Source: Gammaproteobacteria bacterium (GTDB lineage: Bacteria > Pseudomonadota > Gammaproteobacteria > UBA4575). From it: a stretch of DNA of 64,000 bases. Below are positions 45,630 to 56,723 of this stretch, in pieces (the first letter of the stretch is position 1; every line of letters starts with the position of its first letter). Made by a program: the position numbers and the translations under genes. Location of the stretch: the NCBI GenBank assembly GCA_965243395.1, contig CBDEUS010000002.1, positions 128,001 through 192,000 of the forward strand. Reading direction: 5' to 3'. The notes beneath the pieces are model-generated. The model saw only the letters and a list, made by a program, of their open reading frames with translations, ran no database searches and was not told the origin of the DNA.

Positions 45630-48600
45630 TTATGATGATTCTCGTATTAATGAATAGCGAAAGTTTTCAACGAACAATGACATCAATGCAGGTAATACAA
45701 ATAGCGTGATGACACTTCCGACTATCAATCCTGTGGCAAATACGGTGGCTAAACCTTTAAATAGCGGTCCTCCGCCAAACATAAGCGAAGCTAGCCCAGC
45801 TACAGTAGTAGCAGTGGTCATAAAGATCGGCATCATGCGTGTTTGACTAGCAGTGGTTAAACAATTTCTAAAACCCTCACGCGTTAATCCACAAAACGAT
45901 TGTTCACCTGCAGGCGCTAAGTCTTGTTTGTTTTCCAATTTTTCTTTAATAAGTTGTTCGGTGTAGTCAATCAATAAGATCGCTGCATTTAATACCGTGC
46001 CAAACAGTGCGAGAAAACCTAGTGTCTCCATAAAGCCGAGAGAAATGTCTCGCATCCATAATCCAAGCAATCCCCCTATAATGGAGAGAGGTACGGTAAG
46101 TAAGATGAGCATTGGTTTAACAGATGAGTTGTATTGCAGTACTAAACACAAAATCACTAACAAAATCCCAATCCCTAAAGACGTTGCATTTTGTCGGTTT
46201 CCATCATCCGCTGCTTCTTGTATGCCTCCATCTTGAATGTGATACCCAATCGGCAACTCCGCTTTAACAGCATCGACTTTTGTTTTCACTTTTTCTAAAA
46301 CTTCACTTGCCAATACACCTGGCTCAGGACGACCTTGCGCCCAAAAAGAACGTTCACGCTGAAAGCGTGTTAATACAGTAGGTGTTTGTTGGATTGAGAA
46401 TTCTGCAACAGAATTCAACGGTACTTTTTGATCGTAGCCTTCAACGAATGCTGCATTTACCGTATGTATGGATTGACGTTGTTCCTCAGGTAAGCGTAGC
46501 TTCACAGGAATTTCACGATCGCCCTCTCGAAATCGCGTCAATTCAAGGCCGCTGTAATAAGTATTTAACGTACTTGCAACCGTTTCGTTGGTTACACCTG
46601 CTAAATTTGCATGTATGGGATTAACATCTACATCGAGCTGCACACCATATGCACCCCAGCTATCATGCACGTCCCATGCTAATCCACTTTCGCGCATAAT
46701 ATCCTTAACTTCCTCGCCATAGTGGCGCAAAATTTCTTCGTCTGCTAATCGAGGCCCATTTATTCGATATTGAATAGGTGAAGTAACAGGTGTACCAAGG
46801 ACTAATCGATGTGGAATAACTCGAGCACCCACTACAGGTGCGATGTATCTTTCATCTTCAACATTTCCAATGCCTGTCCAAGTAGCACGACGTATATCTG
46901 CAACAAATTGTTTGACGTTATTTGCATCCGTCGTATTAATTACAATATTGGCATAGTGTGGTGCATCATTGAGTGGATTAAGACTGGCATAAAATCTTGG
47001 CCCACCGCTACCCACATAACTCGCCATGTTGCTTAACCTAGGTTGTGAGTTTCCATCTTTATCAATAAGAGGTTTCCATTGCCCATCTTCCCAAGAAACG
47101 GTACTTAACTTTTGTACTATTTCTTCAACTTGTTTTGTTGTTTCATTTGTTAAATGAATTGATGCAGTTTCGGGTAACCAGACATCAACTATAAATTGAT
47201 TGCGTGCAGAATAAGGAAAGAAAGAAGACTTTATTGGCAACATAAATGAACCAAAAAGTAATGCAAATGCAGTCCCTATAGTTATTACACGCAAGCTGAT
47301 TGTTTTATTACTAAGTGGTGCAAACCATCCTTGTTTCGTAGATTTTGTTTGTGTTGCAATTTGAGATGGAGAAATTCCGAGCTTTTCACGTATCGATTTG
47401 AATAGTTCTACAACTGGCATTCCACCTTTAGTGGGTTTTAGAATGTAATAATTCAAAATTGGAGCAATCGTCATTGCACAAAGCCAGCTCACTAACAGAG
47501 TAATAGTTACTACAACCGGCAAACTAAATACATATTCTCGTGTGCTTCCGGTTAAGGCAAAGGTCATTGGTATGAATACGCTGATTGTAGTAAGCGTTGA
47601 CCATAACAATGATGTACCTACAGAATTACAGCCTTCAATTACTGCATCTTTACGCTTAAGGCCTTTATTTAAAAAACTAGTGGTATTCTCACAAGTGACG
47701 ATAGCGTTATCGACGAGTAATCCTAAGGCAACTATCAAAGCAGCCAATGAAATTTGTTCGATCTCTACATTCCAAATTCTCATTAATGCAACAGAAGTAA
47801 GCATAATAAGCGGAATGGTTGCGGCCGTTACAAGTGCAACACGTAACCCCGCCATAAAACCTAGTATTAATAATACAAGTACAATTGCTTGTATTAAATT
47901 ACTCAATACGCCTTGGACTTTCTCTGCAACATAAAGTGGAGGATTGGATACCTTTTCAACATGAATATCGGGAGGTAAGAAAGTTTGATTTGCCGTGGCA
48001 AGAATTTCATCAACAGCATCACCAAATACCGAAATATTTTGGCCCGGTTTCATAGTGAATGAAAGAACAATAGCTGACGTAGTTATATCTGTATCACCAT
48101 ATCGAACTATCGATGGAGGTGGATCTTGATATTCACGCTCTACTCGTAGCTTGAGGTTATCCAACTTAACCGGTACATCAAATGATGTAAGAGCATCTGA
48201 GTCCGACGCAAGAGATGGATAATTACTAGCGGATTCATTTGATAATGAAACCGCGCCCGAATCCGTTGATACTCTACCAACAACTACATTATTAATTTCT
48301 TTTTCAGCATCAAAATTTCCAGTTAGATGTGTATTGATTCGATAACGATCTGTATTAAGTACACCTCCGGGAGCAACAATATTTCGCTCACTTAAAACTT
48401 TTTGTAATTCATCACTCGTAATTTGTAATTGACTCCATGTCCCCGCATCCGTTTCCAAATATATAACTTCAGGTTGAACACCAAATAAATTTAGCTTCGC
48501 AAGCAATGATGGTTTATCAGAGATTGGCACTGTGCGTCCGTCAGCATCTTTAACTGTTGGACGAATATCCATTAAACGATCTCGTAGACGTTTGGCAAAG

Positions 48601-49085
48601 TCCTCTAGTTGTCGCGGTGAGTAAGACTGTTCTTCTGCAGTTTTAGGATCTTGATACAGCGCAAGAATTAAAGCAGCTGTATCACCAAAATTATCATCAA
48701 CTGCAGGTGGATATGCTCCATTTGGTAACTCAGGAATGAGAAGCTCAAGATCTGCACGGAGTTTAGTCCATACTTTTTGAATATCGGTCACATCATCCGT
48801 TGCAGTAACTTGAACGACTGAACGCCCTGCGTAACTCCAAGATTGGACTCGTCTTGTAAATTTTATATCTGCTGCAACTTTCTCAACCTTATCTGTAATT
48901 AGATTTTCAACCTGCGCAGCAGTAGCACCCGGCCAATCTGTTATCACGAGTGCATCTCGAATAATAAATGTAGGATTTTCTGCACGTGGCGCTGTGAAGA
49001 AAGTATTAACACCCCATAACAACAATAGAAGTGCCAGCCCCAAAACTATTGGCTTATGTTCAAGTGCGTACTTAGGTAAATTCAT
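45630..49085 (-). CDS. RND efflux permease subunit
   Basis: WPGATAAQVE, GLLVDNAIV, RMMPIFMT. Confidence 0.93.
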   Translation of the reverse strand: MNLPKYALEHKPIVLGLALLLLLWGVNTFFTAPRAENPTFIIRDALVITDWPGATAAQVENLITDKVEKVAADIKFTRRVQSWSYAGRSVVQVTATDDVTDIQKVWTKLRADLELLIPELPNGAYPPAVDDNFGDTAALILALYQDPKTAEEQSYSPRQLEDFAKRLRDRLMDIRPTVKDADGRTVPISDKPSLLAKLNLFGVQPEVIYLETDAGTWSQLQITSDELQKVLSERNIVAPGGVLNTDRYRINTHLTGNFDAEKEINNVVVGRVSTDSGAVSLSNESASNYPSLASDSDALTSFDVPVKLDNLKLRVEREYQDPPPSIVRYGDTDITTSAIVLSFTMKPGQNISVFGDAVDEILATANQTFLPPDIHVEKVSNPPLYVAEKVQGVLSNLIQAIVLVLLILGFMAGLRVALVTAATIPLIMLTSVALMRIWNVEIEQISLAALIVALGLLVDNAIVTCENTTSFLNKGLKRKDAVIEGCNSVGTSLLWSTLTTISVFIPMTFALTGSTREYVFSLPVVVTITLLVSWLCAMTIAPILNYYILKPTKGGMPVVELFKSIREKLGISPSQIATQTKSTKQGWFAPLSNKTISLRVITIGTAFALLFGSFMLPIKSSFFPYSARNQFIVDVWLPETASIHLTNETTKQVEEIVQKLSTVSWEDGQWKPLIDKDGNSQPRLSNMASYVGSGGPRFYASLNPLNDAPHYANIVINTTDANNVKQFVADIRRATWTGIGNVEDERYIAPVVGARVIPHRLVLGTPVTSPIQYRINGPRLADEEILRHYGEEVKDIMRESGLAWDVHDSWGAYGVQLDVDVNPIHANLAGVTNETVASTLNTYYSGLELTRFREGDREIPVKLRLPEEQRQSIHTVNAAFVEGYDQKVPLNSVAEFSIQQTPTVLTRFQRERSFWAQGRPEPGVLASEVLEKVKTKVDAVKAELPIGYHIQDGGIQEAADDGNRQNATSLGIGILLVILCLVLQYNSSVKPMLILLTVPLSIIGGLLGLWMRDISLGFMETLGFLALFGTVLNAAILLIDYTEQLIKEKLENKQDLAPAGEQSFCGLTREGFRNCLTTASQTRMMPIFMTTATTVAGLASLMFGGGPLFKGLATVFATGLIVGSVITLFVLPALMSLFVENFRYSLIRESS

Positions 49086-50629
49086 AATGTCACCTCTGCA
49101 CTTTTAAATGCATTCACTAGATCGCCGTTTTGCACATATTGTGCTCCATCAACGATTAGTTTCATTCCTTCCTTTATTGCCTGCTTTTGTGAAGGAATGA
49201 CTTCAATGAGTGTGCCGAAATTTTTCCCCGCTTTTACATCTATTACTTGTGCGTGTTGCCCTTTCTCCTGTACGTCTTCAACAACAAAAATCCGATGATT
49301 ATTAGCTTGTTTAATAAGCGATTGAGCAGGAACATAAAATCCTTCATTTAATTTTTGGTGGGATAAATCGACGTTGGCAATTTGGCCAGGTCGCAACAAC
49401 CAGCGTTCTCTAGACAAAGCTACACTTTGCTCATTTACTATATCTCGAGATAACTTTCCGACTAATAAATCCTCTTTTGGATTTAGTTTGCCAAAATCTG
49501 CCACTTCACGATAAGTAAATATTTGCATGAATGGGTAACTTTTCTCACCAAGAACTATCCTAACTTTGCTCACTTTAAATACTGGGTTAAAGCTCCCTGA
49601 CAAGTCTGAAATTTTGAGACCTTCAGCCTTCCATACATAATGACCAGACTCATCTTCATGAATACTTTCTTCATTAATGTAATACGACGCTTTGCCGTTC
49701 CCGTTTATTGACTCAAGATTTTGTAGTGAATAAGTTCTTGCAATATCTTGTTTAGCGATCTCTTCAGGTATTCCCACCTCAAGTCGACGATTCCGGACTA
49801 AAAGTGTCACGACAAATGTCCGCGTTACTGAATCGGCAACAGGTGCCTTATTCCATACCCATCCCTGTAATGGATGCTCTTCTCCATCAATATAAACTTT
49901 AGCTAAGTCGTTATAGTTCAGCTGACTTTCAACTTCCGGTGATACTGCAACTGCTACTTTAATAGGGTCCATCATTTGTACGGTCACTACTGGCTCACCA
50001 CGTTCCACATACCCGCCCGGGATGACATGCGCTTTCGCTATCTCGCCACTAAATGGAGCACGCAATGCCGTATCAGACGAATTAAGTTCAGCCTCTCTTA
50101 ATTGATCTTCTGCAGAACGAAGTTGTGCTTGAGAAGTACGAAGAGCTGCTAAAGCGTCATCGACATACTGTTGCGCACCCGCCCCCTTACTTAAGAGATT
50201 TTTTTGTCGCTTATACGATTGCAGTGACTGCCTATATGAAGCTCTAATTTCTTGGATATTCGCTTTAGATTCATCAACACGAATTTGATAACGTTTATCT
50301 TGCAAACTTGCAATTAGTGTCCCTGCCTTTATTACTTGCCCATCTTTATCAAACATACTTCCTTGCACAATGGTTCCTGGTTCTTGCACAAACTGAACTC
50401 GCCCATTGACATCAAATCCTACAGGCTCTTTTTTCCATGCGACTACGGAACCTGCAATAAGCGTTTCATATGTTGGATTGACTTTTTTAAGTTCTACATA
50501 GGATACAGGCCTTGGAATAGGTGCCTTTGCTTGTTTTTTATCAGATTGACAACCGATTAAGATGAAACTTAGTGCAACACTAATTATTATGATTACTAAA
50601 AAAGCATTTTTAATATTTAATATGTTCAT
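49082..50629 (-). CDS. RND periplasmic adaptor subunit
   Basis: Lipoprotein signal, LRAPFSG, ADSVTRTF. Confidence 0.9.
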   Translation of the reverse strand: MNILNIKNAFLVIIIISVALSFILIGCQSDKKQAKAPIPRPVSYVELKKVNPTYETLIAGSVVAWKKEPVGFDVNGRVQFVQEPGTIVQGSMFDKDGQVIKAGTLIASLQDKRYQIRVDESKANIQEIRASYRQSLQSYKRQKNLLSKGAGAQQYVDDALAALRTSQAQLRSAEDQLREAELNSSDTALRAPFSGEIAKAHVIPGGYVERGEPVVTVQMMDPIKVAVAVSPEVESQLNYNDLAKVYIDGEEHPLQGWVWNKAPVADSVTRTFVVTLLVRNRRLEVGIPEEIAKQDIARTYSLQNLESINGNGKASYYINEESIHEDESGHYVWKAEGLKISDLSGSFNPVFKVSKVRIVLGEKSYPFMQIFTYREVADFGKLNPKEDLLVGKLSRDIVNEQSVALSRERWLLRPGQIANVDLSHQKLNEGFYVPAQSLIKQANNHRIFVVEDVQEKGQHAQVIDVKAGKNFGTLIEVIPSQKQAIKEGMKLIVDGAQYVQNGDLVNAFKSAEVTL

Positions 50630-50693
50630 ATAATTATCTCTTTATCATTCAATCAATTTAATTATTTAACTCTATTGATAAATCTATCTATGT

Positions 50694-52289
50694 TTACCAG
50701 TCTGGCCTGCGCAATTTATTCTTAGCCTCTTCTGGTGACGATGCTTTTATTGCTTCAGTGTCAAGCAATCTTCCCCAATCTGTACGTTGCTGCATCTGCT
50801 GTTGTATTTCTGCAGGTACTAATGGCTTTCCTTCTCGAATTTCCCAACCACCACCTAGTGCTTTATATGTAGCAATTAGATTTCTAGCAATCTCACTGCG
50901 TGACTGAGTCCATAGATCCTGTTGAGTCAATAATGAATCATCCGAATCTAGTACTCGTTGATAATCAACAACACCTTCTTGATATTGAATAAGCGCAAGT
51001 TCAGCGGAACGGCTTGCTGCTGAGAAACTACTGTGTAAATGTTTTTCAGCTTCTTGCGATTTAAGGAAACCAACTATCGAATCTTCAACTTCTGCTGCAG
51101 CGCGTAATACAGTTTCCTGATAATCTGCAACAGATTGTTGGAATCGCGCATCTTGAGAGCGAACATCATTTTTAATTCTTCCAAAGTTAAAAATATTCCA
51201 GCGGAAACCAGGGCCCCCAACAAATTCTAGGCTGCTACCATTGAAAAGTTCGTCTGCTCCATCTTTACCACTTCTTGTGGTATTGGTACCAGCACTTGCC
51301 CTAACTCCAATAGTTCCGAAGATTGAAAAATTTGGATATAACTCAGCTTCAGCCACTCCAATAAGCGCACTTTGTGCAGCAGCTTCAAACTCAGCTCGAC
51401 GTATATCGGGACGTCGACGCAATAATTCTGCAGGTATATCTACAACAACTTCAGTTGGTGCAATAGGAATTCCATTTGCGCCTTTTAACTCACTAAGTAA
51501 CTCACCAGGTGGTCTATCTATCAAAATACTTAATGCATGCTGCGCTTTGCGCAATCCAATCTGTAGTTGCGGAATTGACGCTCGTGTATTAAATAAGAGG
51601 GTTTTGGCTTGTTGAACATCAAGTTCTGTAGTAACACCACTTTGATGACGGGTCTCTGCAATATTAAGACTACGCTGTTGAATTGCAGCATTTTCTTCTG
51701 CCAGCTTAATTCGTTCTTCAAACGTGCGAATAATTACATAAGTGTTTGCAACCTCTGCAATTAAACTTACGAGTACATCGTCATAACTTGCGAGACTTGC
51801 TAGTAATTCTGCATCTGCTGCTTCAATCCCTCTTCTAAACTTTCCCCAAAAATCTAATTCCCATGCAGCATCAAATCCAGTATCAAAGTCCCAGAAATTT
51901 AAATCACCTTCTGCACTATCCACGCCTGCTTCACTTAATGTGTTGTATGTAGCTCCACCACGCGCCTGTTGTTCTTGTGGATAAAGATTACCAACTGCAA
52001 TTCCTAATTCTGTACGAGCCTCTAGCACTCGCAATCCTGCAATCTGTAGGGTTAAATTTTCTTCATAGGCAGATTCAATAAAAGAATTAAGAACGGGATC
52101 ATCAAATACCTTCCACCATTCATGAAATTTCTGGTCTGAAATTTTAAGGTTAGAGTTATCCTTATCGATCCATTCCGCATTAACTTTTGAAGATGGTGTT
52201 TCAAAATCAGGACCAACTGTGGCACAACCGATCATTAGAAATGTAAGAAAGCAAATGAATGCCATTTGGAATTTTTGTGTAACTAACAT
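50694..52289 (-). CDS. efflux outer-membrane lipoprotein (NodT/TolC family)
   Basis: GCATVGPDF, WELDFWG, LLRRRPDIRRAE, YKALGGGW. Confidence 0.93.
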   Translation of the reverse strand: MLVTQKFQMAFICFLTFLMIGCATVGPDFETPSSKVNAEWIDKDNSNLKISDQKFHEWWKVFDDPVLNSFIESAYEENLTLQIAGLRVLEARTELGIAVGNLYPQEQQARGGATYNTLSEAGVDSAEGDLNFWDFDTGFDAAWELDFWGKFRRGIEAADAELLASLASYDDVLVSLIAEVANTYVIIRTFEERIKLAEENAAIQQRSLNIAETRHQSGVTTELDVQQAKTLLFNTRASIPQLQIGLRKAQHALSILIDRPPGELLSELKGANGIPIAPTEVVVDIPAELLRRRPDIRRAEFEAAAQSALIGVAEAELYPNFSIFGTIGVRASAGTNTTRSGKDGADELFNGSSLEFVGGPGFRWNIFNFGRIKNDVRSQDARFQQSVADYQETVLRAAAEVEDSIVGFLKSQEAEKHLHSSFSAASRSAELALIQYQEGVVDYQRVLDSDDSLLTQQDLWTQSRSEIARNLIATYKALGGGWEIREGKPLVPAEIQQQMQQRTDWGRLLDTEAIKASSPEEAKNKLRRPDW

Positions 52290-52300
52290 TTCCTCTCCTA

Positions 52301-52990
52301 TTAAACCTCTACCGATTTGACTGACGAACTCCCTGCCTGAGAAATTTGCAAACCCACCAATCGTGCAACTAATATCGTCAAATATAGTTGACCGATAATG
52401 GCTTCGATATATACAAATGCAGAAATTTGAATTGTATTAGGAGAAATATCTCCATAACCCAATGTTGATAACGTCACAAAGCTGAAATAAATAAAGCCAT
52501 AAAGTTGTGCTTGTGGATCATCAGACATAAATGCAGGTTCCGAGAACGAACCAGGAACAAGAATGCTAAATGCTAAATAGAAGAACGCAAAAGCGAGCCC
52601 AATCAACAGATAGATACTAACAGCAGAGTAAATCATGCTCATGGAGATACGTTCTCCTTGCCTAAATATTTCTTGCAAGAGAATTACTGCTACATAGGAA
52701 AAGAATGTAGCTCCCGAAAATGAGCTGATCAATTCAACAGTTTGGTTTGATTCTGCTTGAGCAAACCAACCACAAATAAGGAAAATTAAGGCTAATGCTA
52801 AAGATATTAAAAAGTGTGTTTTAGTTCGACTCGCAATAATTACGCCATAGATAAGAATTGCAATAACGAATATATCAATCAAAATTTCCCATGTTAATTG
52901 GGCGCTTATGATCGGATAAATAACAAGTAACGCAAATAATGAAATAGTTAAGACTAAGTGTGTGTGTTTTTCTTCTAATAGTTTTTTCAT
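52301..52990 (-). CDS. ion channel family protein
   Basis: YFSFVTLSTLGYGDISP. Confidence 0.88.
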   Translation of the reverse strand: MKKLLEEKHTHLVLTISLFALLVIYPIISAQLTWEILIDIFVIAILIYGVIIASRTKTHFLISLALALIFLICGWFAQAESNQTVELISSFSGATFFSYVAVILLQEIFRQGERISMSMIYSAVSIYLLIGLAFAFFYLAFSILVPGSFSEPAFMSDDPQAQLYGFIYFSFVTLSTLGYGDISPNTIQISAFVYIEAIIGQLYLTILVARLVGLQISQAGSSSVKSVEV

Positions 52991-53019
52991 GAGTATGTAG
53001 ACCTATTAACTAAATCACT

Positions 53020-53460
53020 TTATTTGCTTACCATCCATATATGGTCAAATTTAACTTTCAGTAAATTGCCTCTAGCTACTTCAAATTCATCAAGCTCTTG
53101 AAGAGAGTTGTTATGCACTGATGATGAATAATTTTTCTTTATGATTTCCAAGTTTGTATAGGCTTTATTTGGATCAACCAGATAAGCACCCATATGTAAA
53201 TCTTGTCTTTCTTTAAATCCAGGAAGGAGATCAATCTCTATATCTAAAATTAAATTGAAATCAGAAGAAGCGACATCCTTATCGATATATCCATCTGCGA
53301 AAATTTGTGAGGAACTTAATAACAAAGTTATGAGCAAGATAAATAGAAACGAGTATTTGTTCATGAAAGTCACTACTAGCTCTATTAAATTAATTCGATA
53401 TAACATTTTCAGATCTCTTTTTGCTATTCTTTGGAAATGGGATAATTTTCTTTTCCTCAT
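53020..53460 (-). CDS. hypothetical exported protein
   Basis: Likely starts at MNKYSFLF (signal peptide). Confidence 0.5.
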   Translation of the reverse strand: MRKRKLSHFQRIAKRDLKMLYRINLIELVVTFMNKYSFLFILLITLLLSSSQIFADGYIDKDVASSDFNLILDIEIDLLPGFKERQDLHMGAYLVDPNKAYTNLEIIKKNYSSSVHNNSLQELDEFEVARGNLLKVKFDHIWMVSK

Positions 53461-54418
53461 AAAGTTTTATGAACTTACCGAGTTCATTTAGTGCTTCATT
53501 AGCTTGCGGTAAGAATGGAGTAAATCTTTGAAACCCATGTGGAACATCAGCCCAAGTCTGAAGCTGAACTTTCACATTTGATTTTTTTGCTTTGTCGACA
53601 AATGCAAGTACGTCATCAAAAATAGTTTCTAATTCACTAACTTGAATTAACATATCTGGGAAACCATTAAGATCACCATTAACAGGTGAAGTTAATGATT
53701 TGGCTTTATCACTAGGCTGTAATAGATATTTGGAAAAGCATTCCTGCAAAACAGGATGCCTATAGAAAGCATGTGAATTTGAACTTTTATCAATAAAGTC
53801 ACAATTGGTAATTGGAGAGAGTAAAACTACTGCACTAGGCAACAATATCTGTCTTTCTCTTAATAAGAATAAAAGCGCAAGTGCCATATTGGCACCAGTT
53901 GAATCTCCCGCGATAAATGTCTTTGTGGCTTCTCCCGCACCTTTAGGTCCTGCAACTAACATTTTTGTATAACTTGCTAAGCAATCAGATAATCCGGCAG
54001 GAAATGGATGTTCAGGTGCAACACGATAATTTACAAGTAATACACAACTGCCACTTGCCTTAGAAACTCTTGCTGCAAAAGGACGATATGACTCAATTTC
54101 AGAGTTACACCAACTACCGCCATGTATATAAAGTATTCTGTGATCTACTTGAGCATCAGGTGAATAAATCCATTCACATTCGACGTCATCAAAAATCGTT
54201 TCAGACTTGATAATGGTATTTTTAGGAATTTCTTGAATGGAAGAATCTACCTTTATAAATTCCTGGTTATAGCTCCCAATTACTGTTTTTAGATCCGAAG
54301 ATCCCAAAGACATCTGGTGCTTGACGTCCTTGTCAAGCTGGTCCAGATGGTCCTTAACTACTTGTAATTTTTGAGTATTTTTCACTGTATTACACTTGAG
54401 GAGTATTTCGTTTACCAA
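53390..54418 (-). CDS. alpha/beta hydrolase (HSL-type esterase)
   Basis: HGGS, YRVAPEHPFPA, GDSTG, HGF. Confidence 0.9.
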   Translation of the reverse strand: MVNEILLKCNTVKNTQKLQVVKDHLDQLDKDVKHQMSLGSSDLKTVIGSYNQEFIKVDSSIQEIPKNTIIKSETIFDDVECEWIYSPDAQVDHRILYIHGGSWCNSEIESYRPFAARVSKASGSCVLLVNYRVAPEHPFPAGLSDCLASYTKMLVAGPKGAGEATKTFIAGDSTGANMALALLFLLRERQILLPSAVVLLSPITNCDFIDKSSNSHAFYRHPVLQECFSKYLLQPSDKAKSLTSPVNGDLNGFPDMLIQVSELETIFDDVLAFVDKAKKSNVKVQLQTWADVPHGFQRFTPFLPQANEALNELGKFIKLYEEKKIIPFPKNSKKRSENVISN

Positions 54419-54584
54419 GTGCCGTCATCCTGCAATAATTACTTTTTATAATTAAGTAACGATTCGAGTAACGTGTTACATGACAGGTTACTTCTGCCAG
54501 ATTGAGAATTGATAATTGGGCACAGGTTGCGCCGAACCTAAAAGACCAGGCATTTCGAATGCGAACTGGCGATAAAGGTGACAT

Positions 54585-56198
54585 ATGCAGAACACAAATG
54601 TAGAAACTTTATCTACGGTGAAATCACCTAAGATAGAGGAGTCTAGAGATCAACTTGCCCGTATTTTACGTAATCCTGAGTTTGTACGTTCACCTAAAAG
54701 TTCAAAATTTCTTAAGTATGTAGTTGAAGAAACAATTGCGGGAAGACAAACATATTTAAAAGCCTACACCATAGCTCTAGCAGTATTTGGAAAAGACCAA
54801 GCTTTTGATCCACAAACAGACCCTATCGTACGCGTGCAAGCAGTACGTCTTCGTAAATTACTAGAACAATACTATTTATACGAAGGAAAAAATGATCAGG
54901 TTATTATTAATTTATTCAAAGGAAGTTACATACCAAAAATCTACTATAGCGATGAACATGAAGTTGATCTAAATATTCCTGCTGAACAAATAGAAACTGT
55001 TATACCAAGCATTGCAGTGATGCCTTTTAAATTTTTAGGCGATGATGATAGTCAAGAGTTTTTTGCTGATGGAATTACCGAAGAAATTATTGTCAAGCTT
55101 TCACATTTCAAAGAAATTTTAGTCATAGCAAGGCACACTACCCATCAATATAAAGAGAAAATTATTGATCCAAAAGTTATTGGAAATGAACTTGATGTAC
55201 GTTTTATTTTAGTTGGAAGCATAAGAAAAGCAGGTAGCCATATAAGAATCACAGTGGAATTAATTGAAACAAGAAACAGTGCTGCAATTTGGTCACAATC
55301 CTACGATAAAGAATTAAGCGTTGAGAACCTGATTACAATACAAGACGAAATAGCAAATACTGTTTCAGCAACAATAGCCCAACCTTATGGGATCATCCTT
55401 GGCAAAGATCTTCGCAACTTATCTCGCTCTTCTACTAAAAATCTAACGGCTTACGAATATGTTCTTCGTTACTATCAATTTTTAAGTACATTTTCTCTTG
55501 AAGACTATGAATGGGCACGCGAAGGTGCTGAAAAAGCTATAAAGATCGACCCTAGTTACTCAGATGCTTGGGCGGCTTTAGCTATTCTCACCGCAGATGA
55601 ATACCAAATGGCATACCGTAATGCAGGACAAAATTATGAAGTTGTAAATCAAGGGTTTGAAATGGCACAAACTGCTGTAAAAACTGGCCCCGACAATGCA
55701 TTTGCTCACTATTCGCTTTTCTACCTAAATGTTGTGAAACATGACATCGAAGCCTTTAAAAATGCTGCACAACGTGCATTAGAATTAAATCCGAGAAATG
55801 CATTCATCCATGGTGAATACGGTGTACAACTTTCATGGACTGGAGAATGGGAAAAGGCATTTGACCATATTGAACATGCCATGACACTAAATCCCTCGCA
55901 TCCTGATTTTTATCATCTCCCTTACATAGCTTATTACTATTGCAACAATGATATTGAAAATGCTGCTCGAGAAATGAAAAAAGTAAATCTACCTGAAATG
56001 TTTTGGACGCATTTTTTTCAAGCTGTCGTACATCATGAACTAGGTGACAAAACCGAAGCATCAAATGCAGTCGATAGGCTAAATGGTTTATATCCTGGCT
56101 TTGATCAAGTTGCACAATCCGAATTGGAAAAATGGATTCACGAAAAAGAAATTGCTTCTAAATTGTTAGATGGCTATAAACAAGCTTGTCGACACTAA
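54585..56198 (+). CDS. wHTH - TolB-like - TPR regulatory protein
   Basis: FLKYVVEE..DPIVRVQAVRLR, PSIAVMPF..FADGITEE, TPR repeats. Confidence 0.85.
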   Translation: MQNTNVETLSTVKSPKIEESRDQLARILRNPEFVRSPKSSKFLKYVVEETIAGRQTYLKAYTIALAVFGKDQAFDPQTDPIVRVQAVRLRKLLEQYYLYEGKNDQVIINLFKGSYIPKIYYSDEHEVDLNIPAEQIETVIPSIAVMPFKFLGDDDSQEFFADGITEEIIVKLSHFKEILVIARHTTHQYKEKIIDPKVIGNELDVRFILVGSIRKAGSHIRITVELIETRNSAAIWSQSYDKELSVENLITIQDEIANTVSATIAQPYGIILGKDLRNLSRSSTKNLTAYEYVLRYYQFLSTFSLEDYEWAREGAEKAIKIDPSYSDAWAALAILTADEYQMAYRNAGQNYEVVNQGFEMAQTAVKTGPDNAFAHYSLFYLNVVKHDIEAFKNAAQRALELNPRNAFIHGEYGVQLSWTGEWEKAFDHIEHAMTLNPSHPDFYHLPYIAYYYCNNDIENAAREMKKVNLPEMFWTHFFQAVVHHELGDKTEASNAVDRLNGLYPGFDQVAQSELEKWIHEKEIASKLLDGYKQACRH

Positions 56199-56217
56199 AT
56201 TGTAATGTCTAAAATAA

Positions 56218-56238
56218 TTTGGTGGATGAATGGTGGAA
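56218..56238 (-). repeat. putative integrase arm-type repeat, inverted copy beside tRNA-Phe
   Basis: Reverse complement TTCCACCATTCATCCACCAAA; IHF-like AATCAGTAAGTTA lies between it and the tRNA. Confidence 0.6.
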
Positions 56239-56293
56239 AATAACATTCCCTCAGTAATCACACCTAATCAATTTTTATAACTTACTGATTTAA

Positions 56294-56369
56294 TGGTGGC
56301 CAGGGGCAGAATCGAACTGCCGACACGAGGATTTTCAGTCCACTGCTCTACCAACTGAGCTACCTGGCC
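56294..56369 (-). tRNA. tRNA-Phe(GAA), chromosomal; island integration target
   Basis: Canonical cloverleaf, loop CT GAA AA, CCA. Confidence 0.97.
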
Positions 56370-56447
56370 ATAGATGTTTTTGAATTTGAAGCGGGCTATT
56401 AAACGTACCTATATATAAGGAGTCAATACGTTTATGACTATCAAGCG

Positions 56448-56723
56448 CTATTTGGCGTTTGGATCTACGAATTCTTTAGGAACTTCAGAGCCTTCGCCGA
56501 AAAAGAATTTTTCCATTTCCTCTTCTAGGAACTTACGAGCTTTTGGGTCAACCGGTGTAAGACGATACTCATTCATCAACATGGTTTGATGACCGACCCA
56601 CATTTGCCAACCCTCTTGAGAGACATTGTCATAAATCTTTTGACCAAGGTCGCCAGGGTAAGGGAGATACTCTAGGCCTTCGGCTTCTTTATTAAGCTTC
56701 ACACATTGCACCATGCGCGTCAT
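56448..56723 (-). CDS. yggX: Fe(II)-trafficking/oxidative damage protection protein
   Basis: [35 protein letters not shown]; follows mutY. Confidence 0.93.
   Translation of the reverse strand: MTRMVQCVKLNKEAEGLEYLPYPGDLGQKIYDNVSQEGWQMWVGHQTMLMNEYRLTPVDPKARKFLEEEMEKFFFGEGSEVPKEFVDPNAK

Larger units (their letters stand above)
26858..56338. mobile_element. about 29.5-kb genomic island (satellite-like backbone plus cargo) integrated at tRNA-Phe
   Basis: Flanking 47-bp direct repeats, integrase next to one end, AlpA/Rep/TerS-like genes. Confidence 0.85.

Noticed and set aside
42089-56198. pqiABC, RND pump, esterase and TPR regulator as a novel system
   Set aside because: Common families in a commonly seen arrangement; ordinary island cargo.
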